A stretch of 64,000 nt of DNA from a virus: positions 1 to 64,000 of IMG/VR virus record IMGVR_UViG_3300009149_000020; one strand, 5' to 3'. Both the position numbers and the translations under genes were made by a program. The notes below the pieces were generated by a model. The model was not told the origin of the DNA and did no database searches. It worked only from the letters and a program-made list of their open reading frames with translations. Shown in pieces: positions 38,313-47,323 of the stretch (its first letter is position 1; every line of letters starts with the position of its first letter).

Positions 38313-38609
38313 ATGATGATTAGAATATGCATGACAATAATGCTGGTAGTATTTGCTTGTTGTTTATTTTATGGTTGTGGTGGTGGAGGTGGAGGTAGTG
38401 GTAGTGGTAGTGGAACTGGTGTAGTTACTACACTTTCACTTTCAAAAAAGAATCCTGAAAAGAATTATATGGCTACACGACTTTCACCAAATGATAATGT
38501 TTTTATCATCACAGCACTAGATGCTTCTATTCCTATGGATTTAGGAGATGACATTCCGTTGCCTATAGGGAATGGAGAATACATTGTAGTAAGTGATAAG
38601 CTAGAATGA
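38313..38609 (+). CDS. lipoprotein with Gly/Ser linker
   Basis: Hydrophobic signal, lipobox LFYG|C, then GGGGGGSGSGSG. Confidence 0.7.
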   Translation: MMIRICMTIMLVVFACCLFYGCGGGGGGSGSGSGTGVVTTLSLSKKNPEKNYMATRLSPNDNVFIITALDASIPMDLGDDIPLPIGNGEYIVVSDKLE

Positions 38610-38693
38610 ACGAAATTAGTTTAGCATCTTTGTTAAATAACTTAGAAAAGACGCGTAGAGGAAGTAGAAAAACCAAAAGAAAGGAGAATACAC

Positions 38694-39032
38694 ATGAAGA
38701 ATCGAACTAATTCCTTAACACCTGCACCTTGTCCTGAAGCAACCAAATGTCCCTTCTGTGCTGGAACACATATGCTTATTGATACTATTACTTATACGGA
38801 TGAAGAGTATGGGGATTCTATACAATATGCTGTATGGTGTGGTAGTTGTGGAACATCCACTTGTGAAACGGAAAACAAAAGCACAGCCATTAGAAATTGG
38901 AATATGCGCCTTGAGGATGAATCTGTGATCAGAAAAATGTTAGAATGGGAAGCTAGTATAGAGAATAAAGATGTAATTGAAAACTATGATAAACTAAAGG
39001 AAATCTTAGCGCCCTACAGGGAGAAGAAATGA
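38694..39032 (+). CDS. Lar-family restriction-alleviation zinc-ribbon protein
   Basis: CPFC...VWCGSCG...AIRNWNMR. Confidence 0.8.
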   Translation: MKNRTNSLTPAPCPEATKCPFCAGTHMLIDTITYTDEEYGDSIQYAVWCGSCGTSTCETENKSTAIRNWNMRLEDESVIRKMLEWEASIENKDVIENYDKLKEILAPYREKK

Positions 39033-39469
39033 TTTTTACAAGTCAGCCAGATGACATTATGGTAGCAAGAGAAAAAGAGATTAATGCTTTTTTAGACAGT
39101 TACAATGTAGGCGCAAGGATATTTATGAGGTATGATTCCAAAGCTAAATTCCCCTACACAGTCATTATCCATATTAAAAGAGAACGGCTTAGTACAATAA
39201 TGAGCACACACCCTACTTTTAGAGCATTATCATCATATCTTAAAGGATGGGCAAATGCATTAACATGGTGTTATAGAGTTAGACCTGATCTTTGTAGAAG
39301 ATGTTTGGATCAAACCGCTAATGCTAAAGTTGATTGCGTAACGCACATACTTGGTACAACAGAAAAGTATATTTCTGAGAATCCTGAATTCAGCCTTGTT
39401 GAAAAAGATGTTACAAGAGCGCAAGCTTATGATTCTATTAGGACTATTTTTAAATTTAAGAAGGCTTAG
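39029..39469 (+). CDS. hypothetical protein
   Basis: ATGA overlap. Confidence 0.65.
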   Translation: MIFTSQPDDIMVAREKEINAFLDSYNVGARIFMRYDSKAKFPYTVIIHIKRERLSTIMSTHPTFRALSSYLKGWANALTWCYRVRPDLCRRCLDQTANAKVDCVTHILGTTEKYISENPEFSLVEKDVTRAQAYDSIRTIFKFKKA

Positions 39470-39480
39470 GGCGGAGACAT

Positions 39481-40050
39481 ATGGAAGAAAAGGGGGCATG
39501 GATGAAGGAGCTAAACGAAAGGTTAATGACTGCTATTTATGAAGGATCGTCTAAAGCTGTTAAATTTCTTTTAATGTCAGGAGCTGATCCAAATTGTATA
39601 CTATGGACTGGTTTTGTTACAGATAAATTTGTAGTAACATCTGAAAAAGATGGAAAGGCTACTAATTTGAATTTGACTAAAACGTCTGCTTTAATTCTAG
39701 CGTGCGAGACTCCTAGTATGTATAATGCTAACCAGGATGCTAATTTAAAAATAATAAGATTACTACTTGATGCAGGCGCTGACGTGAACGCTGCGATTAT
39801 GTATACTGCTTGGGAGGCTCTGCGTAAGGATACACCGTTATTTGCAGCTATTGATATGGAAGACGTTCCTGCAATAAAGTTATTATTAACTTATAACGCT
39901 GATCCTTCTTTAAAAGATGCTGACGAACGCGATGCACTTTCTTGTGCCGTTTATTCATGTTCGTCGAACGACGAGCGCAGGTGTGAAATAATTAGAGTTA
40001 TTGTAAAGGCAGAACTTGCTTGGAATGCAGGCAAGGAGAAGGAGAACTAA
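39481..40050 (+). CDS. ankyrin-repeat protein (short KFxxMxG family)
   Basis: KFLLMSGADPN, LLDAGADVN, DTPLFAA. Confidence 0.88.
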   Translation: MEEKGAWMKELNERLMTAIYEGSSKAVKFLLMSGADPNCILWTGFVTDKFVVTSEKDGKATNLNLTKTSALILACETPSMYNANQDANLKIIRLLLDAGADVNAAIMYTAWEALRKDTPLFAAIDMEDVPAIKLLLTYNADPSLKDADERDALSCAVYSCSSNDERRCEIIRVIVKAELAWNAGKEKEN

Positions 40051-40397
40051 TGACTGAACATGCAGTTAAATGGCTAAGACCTGCCGACTTGGCACCTCTC
40101 GATTTTGAATGTTTAAACGCTGTTTTCAAAAAAGATATTAAGAAAGTTAAGTTCTGCATTATGGCGGGAGCTAACGTTAACGTTGCTGTGTATGGTTGCA
40201 TATCAGGGTTATTCAGAGCTGTTATCTGCGGAAACTTTGAGATGGCAAAGCTTTTAGTTGAGGCAGGAGCTGATGTTAACTTCAACCCTACAGGAAAGGA
40301 ATCTATACTGGATGCTTTAAAGAGTCGCTCTTTTAGAACAAGAGGGTTGAAAGTTAAACTCAAACATCTTTTAGTGAAAGGAGGTGCTCATGAATGA
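40050..40397 (+). CDS. ankyrin-repeat protein (short KFxxMxG family)
   Basis: KFCIMAGANVN, LVEAGADVN; start at ATG 40050. Confidence 0.85.
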   Translation: MTEHAVKWLRPADLAPLDFECLNAVFKKDIKKVKFCIMAGANVNVAVYGCISGLFRAVICGNFEMAKLLVEAGADVNFNPTGKESILDALKSRSFRTRGLKVKLKHLLVKGGAHE

Positions 40398-41283
40398 TAT
40401 AATAGTGGTCAAAGAAAATCAAGTACTTTTTGAGATATTAGCAGGACTTGACTCTACAGAACAATCCCAACTGCTTGGTCATTTGTTTGCCGCTGCTATT
40501 ACTCCCGGAGCTAGCGGAGATCTACTTAAACAGTTGAATAAGATAGCATGCTATTTAGATGTGCCTATACTTTTACAGCATGAAGGCTGTGTTGATACTA
40601 TGTGCAATATAGGAAAGTGGTGTGATGCGGAAACAATTGACTGGATTATAAATTTAATACAAGATGATGCATCCCCAGGAGTAGTTCTGCAGCCTAATAC
40701 GAACTTCAAGAGAAATTCAGCTATACATGTCATATTAAAAGGGATTGCTTCTTATGAAGGGTTTCAAAAACTTAAGAAGTTTTTTAAAGAGCCCAACCAT
40801 CCGCTTATGTTAGCATTTCTTAAGTTAGGAGAGGAACTGCTTACACAGCCTCCGTATCGTCGTTATTTTTATCAATTGCTAGTAGAAGAGCCTGAGTTTG
40901 CATATGAGTTATGGCAGCTGGTAGGTTGTGACAAAAAGAAGATTCTTACTGACTACATTATATTTGGTTTTGCAAGAAACAATAAAAAAGCAAAAAAAGG
41001 CTTACCGGGTCTACTTAAAACATTCAAAGTCAACTTTTTAGATCTTCCTATTGCTAAATCTCTTACTGAAATAGAGTGGTATAACATAGGGTATAGAAGT
41101 AGCCCTGAAAAGATACGTCAAGTATATGTAGCTGCTAAATGCTTTTTAACGCAAGAACAATTTACACACTTTTATTTACAGAAAGGAGGTTTGTGGAAAG
41201 AAATAGCAACGCATCATTTTAAAGAAACTGCACGAATAGAAAAGATACGTCAACGAGCAAAAGAGCGAAAGAAAGGAGCGTGA
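40390..41283 (+). CDS. helical hypothetical protein with shared C-terminal motif
   Basis: IGKWCD.ETI..I...ILKGI similar to 52180 and 54320; TQEQFTHFYLQKGGLWKEIA. Confidence 0.7.
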   Translation: MNDIIVVKENQVLFEILAGLDSTEQSQLLGHLFAAAITPGASGDLLKQLNKIACYLDVPILLQHEGCVDTMCNIGKWCDAETIDWIINLIQDDASPGVVLQPNTNFKRNSAIHVILKGIASYEGFQKLKKFFKEPNHPLMLAFLKLGEELLTQPPYRRYFYQLLVEEPEFAYELWQLVGCDKKKILTDYIIFGFARNNKKAKKGLPGLLKTFKVNFLDLPIAKSLTEIEWYNIGYRSSPEKIRQVYVAAKCFLTQEQFTHFYLQKGGLWKEIATHHFKETARIEKIRQRAKERKKGA

Positions 41284-41287
41284 CATT

Positions 41288-41743
41288 ATGGAAAATACAA
41301 GACATATATTTAGAGTATGGAATACAAGCACAAATACATGGGAAACAGGTACAATAATGGCAACTAAAAATGGAGAATTAGTATCTTTCTCAGCTAAGGA
41401 GCAAAAGATATTAGATCGTAAAATATATATTAGACAGGAGTGTACAGGTCTAAAAGACAAAAATGGTGTATTGATTTTTGAAGGAGACATACTTAGCAAA
41501 GATTGTTACATGTGGATGGATGAAGGCAAACAGAATTATGTTGCAGTAGTTGAGTGGATATATTCATGTTGGCAAGTTGTAGCTGAATGTGTTAATCCAA
41601 ACAGAAGCGGAATCTCAAGCGGCATTAATCAACTTTTAAACGAAGATGGATTTGAAGAAGATGAGCATTCAGATTGGGAAGTCATTGGTAACACTTTTGA
41701 CAATAGTGATTTGCTATTACTAAGAGAAAAGGAACAGTTATGA
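41288..41743 (+). CDS. YopX-family protein
   Basis: FRVWN, CTGLKDKNG..IFEGDI, EVIGNTFDN. Confidence 0.9.
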   Translation: MENTRHIFRVWNTSTNTWETGTIMATKNGELVSFSAKEQKILDRKIYIRQECTGLKDKNGVLIFEGDILSKDCYMWMDEGKQNYVAVVEWIYSCWQVVAECVNPNRSGISSGINQLLNEDGFEEDEHSDWEVIGNTFDNSDLLLLREKEQL

Positions 41744-41757
41744 AATAGGAGGAAAGA

Positions 41758-42225
41758 ATGAAGAAGTTTAAAGTATGCGCTGCTAATTCGTCTGCTTGGT
41801 GTCTTGTTGACGCAGAGAATGAGACTAGAGCACAGGAAGTAGCGATGGAGCTAATTGACTGGGAAGGCATTCCTCCAATAGTAGTAGGTTCTGCAGAAGA
41901 ACTTGACTTATCTTTAACAGTTACTATGATTAGTCAGAAGATTGCTTTAGGCAACTTCCCTGCTATAATTAATAAAATGATGAAGGATACAGAATATCGG
42001 GATGAGGGTATTGGAGAGTGGTTAGCGGAGCCAGTAAGGATAAAAATTAAAGAGGTGCTTAAAGAATACTCTCTGCCTTGTTCATTAACCGCGCTTGAAG
42101 GTTTGTTATATGACGATGAAGACTTTCGTGAGGTTGTTGACGAAATTGATACTTCCGCAAGAGAGAGGGTATTGTTTCGTGTAATTCAAGCTGTTATACT
42201 CGCAATAGTACAGGACTGCTTATAG
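41758..42225 (+). CDS. hypothetical protein
   Basis: AGGAGG RBS. Confidence 0.65.
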   Translation: MKKFKVCAANSSAWCLVDAENETRAQEVAMELIDWEGIPPIVVGSAEELDLSLTVTMISQKIALGNFPAIINKMMKDTEYRDEGIGEWLAEPVRIKIKEVLKEYSLPCSLTALEGLLYDDEDFREVVDEIDTSARERVLFRVIQAVILAIVQDCL

Positions 42226-42267
42226 AATAAGGAGGAAGATAATGATTGAGATTAAAGGAGAAATAAA

Positions 42268-42708
42268 ATGAAAATAATTAATGTTAAGGAAACACCTGTT
42301 CACATTAAGTGCTCTGATTTTAACGAAGGTATTAATATCATTCCCTTCACTTATACATGTCCTGCTACCCCGGGTCTTGCTTTTCATGAACAGCCTACGC
42401 AGGAGCACGGAGTTGTAATCATAATACCTAGCAACGGTGGCTATATGATCATAGCGCGTTGTGTAGACGGAGCTTATGTAAAGTTTGAGGTGATTGGCTA
42501 CTATACTAGTTTTGGTTATGTCAAGCAAGAAGCTGATATGACTTATGAGTCGACATCAGGTCCTCAGCTACAAGCTCGACGAGGCACAGACATTGAGCAG
42601 GACGGTCATGCACAATTTCTTGAGCAGATTCCTGAAATGGCTCGTGAAGAAGTTGATCACGTTCTCAAGAATTACAAACTTGGTTATTATAGTATTAAGG
42701 AGGACTGA
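42268..42708 (+). CDS. hypothetical protein
   Basis: AAGGAG RBS. Confidence 0.65.
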   Translation: MKIINVKETPVHIKCSDFNEGINIIPFTYTCPATPGLAFHEQPTQEHGVVIIIPSNGGYMIIARCVDGAYVKFEVIGYYTSFGYVKQEADMTYESTSGPQLQARRGTDIEQDGHAQFLEQIPEMAREEVDHVLKNYKLGYYSIKED

Positions 42709-42886
42709 TGGATAGTAATAGCATAAGATTCTACGTACTAGCTGCTCAATCTATATTTGGTATTAAGAAAGCTGAGAAATGGTTAGATGAAACTTCTGAC
42801 AAGTTAATTAGATCAGTTAAGGATGAGGAGGAAGCAAAGTCTGCGATATATCGATTATTAGAAGGGTCCGAATAGGAGGACTAGTT

Positions 42887-43510
42887 ATGAGCTTTAACAA
42901 AGAAGGATTTGGGAAGATTCTTCAGGAAAGATTAACTGCTTTACACCTAACGCAGGCGCAATTAGCATACTTAGTAGGTTGTGGTAAAGACTCAATTTCT
43001 AATTATGTAAATGGCAAAGGGTTTCCAAGACTTGATAGATTGATTAGGATAACTGAGGCGTTAGGGATAACTCTTCCTGACTTTATAGGAAAAGTAAAAG
43101 AGCATCCTGAAAACATTGTAACTGTACCAATTCTTACAGGCATCCCGAGAGACTTATCTATTGCTAAAGATTGTGTAGAAGCTACTGAAAACCTGTATTT
43201 TGCTAGAGGATTTTTTGAAGAGGATAATCTTTATGCCTTCACTGTTTCGACAAGTCACATGCACGATCGTCTTTGTGTTGGGTCTTTAGCGGTTGTTGCT
43301 GTAAATACTAAACCCCGAACAGGCCAAATTGCTGCTATAAGATACAAAGGACTATTGATGGTGAGTAGGATAGTATGGAAGGATAAAAAAGATTATGTTT
43401 TAGTTCCAACAAACCCTGTTCACGATGTGATAGAGGTAGACAGTTCACTAAGAAAGACTTACCCCATAGTTGGAACCGTACTTTTTTCGTATGTTGATTA
43501 TAGAACATGA
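42887..43510 (+). CDS. XRE-HTH plus S24-like domain (LexA/CI-like), catalytic residues missing
   Basis: LTQAQLA..SISNYVNG HTH; VPIL, TGQIAA, VLVPTNP, IVGTV S24 scaffold. Confidence 0.85.
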   Translation: MSFNKEGFGKILQERLTALHLTQAQLAYLVGCGKDSISNYVNGKGFPRLDRLIRITEALGITLPDFIGKVKEHPENIVTVPILTGIPRDLSIAKDCVEATENLYFARGFFEEDNLYAFTVSTSHMHDRLCVGSLAVVAVNTKPRTGQIAAIRYKGLLMVSRIVWKDKKDYVLVPTNPVHDVIEVDSSLRKTYPIVGTVLFSYVDYRT

Positions 43511-43699
43511 AAGGTATGCTTTGGTGAAGATAAGAAGATGAAGGAGAAAAAATGATTGAAGAACTATTACTCACGAAAGAGGGCGGTGTCTTGCTGTATG
43601 AAGGTTTGAAATTAATTGCAGAGTCATTAGGATCAATTAGCACATCAATAATAGTAGCTGCTTTAATTAGGGCATTTTTTAATAAATAAGGAGGACTAG

Positions 43700-44083
43700 G
43701 TGCTTAGTGAAGAGAAGATGAAAGAGTATCAAAAAGAATGGTATCAGAAAAACAAAGAAAAGATAAAAGAAAAGCATAAAGAATACCGTCAGAAAAACAA
43801 AGAAAAGATAAAAGAAAAGCATAAAGAATACCGTCAGGAAAACAAAGAAAAGATAAAAGAATACTATCAGGAAAATAAAGAGAAGCTACAAGAGTATCAA
43901 AAAGAGTACTATCAGGAAAATAAAGAGAAGCGGAAAGCATATTTACAGGAAAATAAAGAGAAGATACAAGAGTATCAAAAAGAGTATCAAAAAGAGTATC
44001 AAAAAGAGTATCAAAAAGAGTATCGTATCAAAAATAAACAGAGAGCAAACGCACAGAAGATGAAGGAGAAAAGTAATGATTGA
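43700..44083 (+). CDS. low-complexity KEY[QR]/ENKEKI repeat protein
   Basis: 15-, 11- and 4-aa repeat units; GTG start after GAGGA. Confidence 0.7.
   Translation: MLSEEKMKEYQKEWYQKNKEKIKEKHKEYRQKNKEKIKEKHKEYRQENKEKIKEYYQENKEKLQEYQKEYYQENKEKRKAYLQENKEKIQEYQKEYQKEYQKEYQKEYRIKNKQRANAQKMKEKSND
43745..44024 (+). repeat. in-frame tandem repeats (45/33-bp units, then about 4.75 copies of AAGAGTATCAAA)
   Basis: Seen directly; 12-bp array at 43968-44024. Confidence 0.85.
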
Positions 44084-45554
44084 GATTAAAGGAAAGTACA
44101 CTGAAGCAATTGTACATATTGATGAGGTAGAAGAAAGCTGCATTGCGCAAATTCAGTCAATGTGCAATCATTCTGCATTTACAAACCCTATTAAAATCAT
44201 GCCTGATTGTCATGCAGGTAAAGGTTCTGTGATAGGCTTTACTATGCCGTTAGGAGACATGCTAATTGCTAATGTGGTCGGAGTTGACATAAACTGCGGA
44301 ATGCTGTCTATAAATGTAGGCCCTGACGCATTTACAAAGTTAACTTTTGTTGAAGTTGAGAAAAAGATAAGAGAAGCTATTCCATTCGGAATGTCAACAC
44401 ATACTCCAGAAGACGCTATTAATATGGAGAAAGAGTTTCCGTGGAAGAACGTTAATGAAGAAGTAAGAGAATTTCTAAGGGCATTTGAAAAGAAATTTGG
44501 CTTTACAGTGGCTCCTCCTGTTATTAATTATGAATGGTTCAGGGCTAAGTGTAAACAAATAAGCTGTGACCCTTCAAGAGCTATAAGAAGTCTCGGAACA
44601 CTTGGCTCGGGCAATCATTTCGTCGAAGTTGGAAAGGCTGAAACCACTAGAGACTACTGGGTTACAATCCATTCAGGTTCTAGAAACTTTGGTAAATGTA
44701 TTTGTGATTATTGGCAAGGAGTTGCTAAGAAAATGCTCGATGATAAAAGAAACGGTGCATATCAAGAGAGAGTGTTAACGCTTAGAAGTAACCACGAAGC
44801 TGCCGGTACACCTGAGTTAATTCCTCAAGGCATAAAGCAACTTCGAGAAGAGTTAGGCTTTCTTGGTATAACCAAAGGAATGGAAGCATTAGAAGGAACT
44901 GATATGCTTAGTTATTTGATAGACATGGTCTTTACACAGAAGTATGCTGATGTGAACAGACAAGTCATGGCTTTCAAAATTAAAGGTATCTTTAAGTGTG
45001 AAGAAAAAGACTCTATTCACACTAAACATAACTTTATAGACTTCAAGGATTTCATAATTCGTAAAGGAGCTATCAGAAGTTATGTAGATGAAAGAATGAT
45101 TATTCCTTTTAACATGCGTGATGGTATTTTAATCTGTGAAGGCAAATCTAATACTGACTGGAACTTTTCAGCTCCTCATGGTGCAGGAAGAGTAATGAGC
45201 AGAGGAGATGCAAAAAGGAAACTTAACATGGAGCAGTTTACACATCAGATGAAAGGCATCTATACTACGTCTGTTTGTGAAAGCACATTAGACGAAGCTC
45301 CTAATGCTTATAAAAAGTCAGAGTTAATTGAAAGTTTGATAGGAGACACAGTTACAATTCTTGATAGGGTTAAACCAGTAATTTCTATGAAAGACAGAGG
45401 CTCTGCTCAAACTGCTATTGATAGAAAGAAAGCAAAAAGATCGTGGAAGAAAGAAAGAAGAGAAGCTGCAAGATACAAAATGCAGGAAGCAAACGCAACT
45501 GCAAACCTTCAGAATAACAGACATGGAGTAGATGAAGAAGGGAGGTTATTTTGA
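44076..45554 (+). CDS. rtcB: RtcB RNA ligase
   Basis: MPDCHAG, VGVDINCG, GTLGSGNHFVE, HSGSRNFG, HNFI, RKGA, SAPHGAGR, DEAP.AYK. Confidence 0.95.
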   Translation: MIEIKGKYTEAIVHIDEVEESCIAQIQSMCNHSAFTNPIKIMPDCHAGKGSVIGFTMPLGDMLIANVVGVDINCGMLSINVGPDAFTKLTFVEVEKKIREAIPFGMSTHTPEDAINMEKEFPWKNVNEEVREFLRAFEKKFGFTVAPPVINYEWFRAKCKQISCDPSRAIRSLGTLGSGNHFVEVGKAETTRDYWVTIHSGSRNFGKCICDYWQGVAKKMLDDKRNGAYQERVLTLRSNHEAAGTPELIPQGIKQLREELGFLGITKGMEALEGTDMLSYLIDMVFTQKYADVNRQVMAFKIKGIFKCEEKDSIHTKHNFIDFKDFIIRKGAIRSYVDERMIIPFNMRDGILICEGKSNTDWNFSAPHGAGRVMSRGDAKRKLNMEQFTHQMKGIYTTSVCESTLDEAPNAYKKSELIESLIGDTVTILDRVKPVISMKDRGSAQTAIDRKKAKRSWKKERREAARYKMQEANATANLQNNRHGVDEEGRLF

Positions 45555-46624
45555 GTTATCGTGATAGAGAGGAGTATGCAGGACGTATATTCGTAAACTT
45601 AGGAAGTCCTAAAGGTGAACGTAGTTTAGATGAGGTTTTGGTAGACTCTTCTTTTACAGAAAAGACAATGCCGGCTGTTTATGCACAGATTAAAAAGCAG
45701 GTACCCGATATGTTAGCAGTTTTGTATAACGGGACTCCTTACACAGGTCGTTTCACTAATGTTCTTAGCTTAGCTTTTCAGAATAATAACCCTTCAATAT
45801 TTCTTTTTCTATTAAAAATCTTTTTAAGGAAAAGGGTGAAGAAAAAGCTGCGTTTGTATAATACATACGGTGATGTCATGTCCGCACAACAGATACTATA
45901 TCAGGCCTGCAAGAAAGACTGTAAAGTATATGATCTTTTAAAAGCGTTAATAGACGATGCAGGGTTGCCTTACAAGACAGCATTTGGTAAGAATTACTTT
46001 ATCCACTACATTGCAAAGGTGTTATCGCCCGACATTTGTATTAAGGAATGCACCAAGCTTGTAGAGTTTTTAATTAGTAAAGGTTATACGCTCAATGATA
46101 AAAAGCAAGTTCCTGCTATCTTTTCTGCATGCGTGCAGGGAAAGCTTAAGATGCTTCCTGTGTTGCTTAAACATTCTACTGTTAAAAGTTTAAATGTCTC
46201 TTATAAAAAATGTACCCCGTTAACACTACTGCCAATACATTCTAAAAAATTAGGAAATGCTACTATTATGAAGGCTGTAAAATCTCTTATTGCTGCCGGA
46301 GCTGATCCTACTTTTTGTCCAGAGGAAGGCGTAACACTTTGGGAAGCTGCTGTAAAGTATAAAAATTGGGAGCTAGCACAGTTTCTTGTAAAAAAGAAAT
46401 ATAATGGACCTAGCGATTTATTGGAAAGAGATCTTGCTATTTTTTCAAAGATTTTTCAAAAAGAAGAAATCTACACACTGCAGGATGTAATTGAGCTTCT
46501 TAACGTAATTACAATGTTCCCTAAAGGCGTCTTTTCTGCATTATGTTTTTCAAAAGATCCATTAACTAAGGAGTTCGCTATAACGCTTCTTAAGCTTCAA
46601 GATTATTTTAAGGAGAATAAATAA
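45551..46624 (+). CDS. ankyrin-repeat protein with shared C-terminal motif
   Basis: CTPL, LIAAGADP; FPKGVFSALCFSKDPLTKEFAITLL. Confidence 0.82.
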   Translation: MSYRDREEYAGRIFVNLGSPKGERSLDEVLVDSSFTEKTMPAVYAQIKKQVPDMLAVLYNGTPYTGRFTNVLSLAFQNNNPSIFLFLLKIFLRKRVKKKLRLYNTYGDVMSAQQILYQACKKDCKVYDLLKALIDDAGLPYKTAFGKNYFIHYIAKVLSPDICIKECTKLVEFLISKGYTLNDKKQVPAIFSACVQGKLKMLPVLLKHSTVKSLNVSYKKCTPLTLLPIHSKKLGNATIMKAVKSLIAAGADPTFCPEEGVTLWEAAVKYKNWELAQFLVKKKYNGPSDLLERDLAIFSKIFQKEEIYTLQDVIELLNVITMFPKGVFSALCFSKDPLTKEFAITLLKLQDYFKENK

Positions 46625-47028
46625 TGACTAATGAATTAAACCGCTCTATTGTTGCTATAAAAGCAAGAGACGGAATTCTTTTTGGGGAGGCCGGCCCTAC
46701 TTACTCAGGAGGAACTTGTCCTTTTGCAGGGATTGATTTCTATGCGTTAGATATGTTGATACAGATGGGTGTTATTGCTTTAGATGAATGTCAGAACAAT
46801 TCGCCAACGGTGCAAGAATTTAAAGCTTTCTTATCAGAGCACCCTGAATTTCAGGCACATGGTTATGCTGTATCTGCTGAAAGGAAAGATTACAGAGTAA
46901 CCCTTGAGGGCTTAGCAGGTACAGCTTCCAATATGCAAGCAGCTTTAGCTTTTTCACAATTTTTTAATAATGCAGATGTTTGTAGAGTTGATCAGCAGAC
47001 ATTAGAATGTCGCAGCTGGTATGACTAA
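46624..47028 (+). CDS. conserved hypothetical protein
   Basis: QNNSPT..EF, HGYAVS.ER.DYRVTLEG, C-terminal SWYD. Confidence 0.7.
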   Translation: MTNELNRSIVAIKARDGILFGEAGPTYSGGTCPFAGIDFYALDMLIQMGVIALDECQNNSPTVQEFKAFLSEHPEFQAHGYAVSAERKDYRVTLEGLAGTASNMQAALAFSQFFNNADVCRVDQQTLECRSWYD

Positions 47029-47041
47029 CTAGAGGTTTTAT

Positions 47042-47317
47042 ATGAATAATTTTGAAAAAGCACAGGAAATGAAGAAAAAATATCCAGGTACTTTTGATGC
47101 ACCCACTCCTGCAGAATTAGATTCTATAGAATTTAATGATTATGTTAAGGTATGCGCAGGCAGTGAAAGATTTTGGATAACTGTGAAAGGTGTTGAGGAT
47201 GACGTGATTTATGGAATGGTTAACAATGATTTAGTATGTACATTTGATCATGGACTACACTGCGGAGATTCTGTAAAGTTTAAAAAATGTCATGTATACA
47301 ATATCATGAAAGGATAG
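47042..47317 (+). CDS. DUF2314-like small protein
   Basis: ERFWITV...YGMVNND. Confidence 0.6.
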   Translation: MNNFEKAQEMKKKYPGTFDAPTPAELDSIEFNDYVKVCAGSERFWITVKGVEDDVIYGMVNNDLVCTFDHGLHCGDSVKFKKCHVYNIMKG

Positions 47318-47323
47318 GTACTT

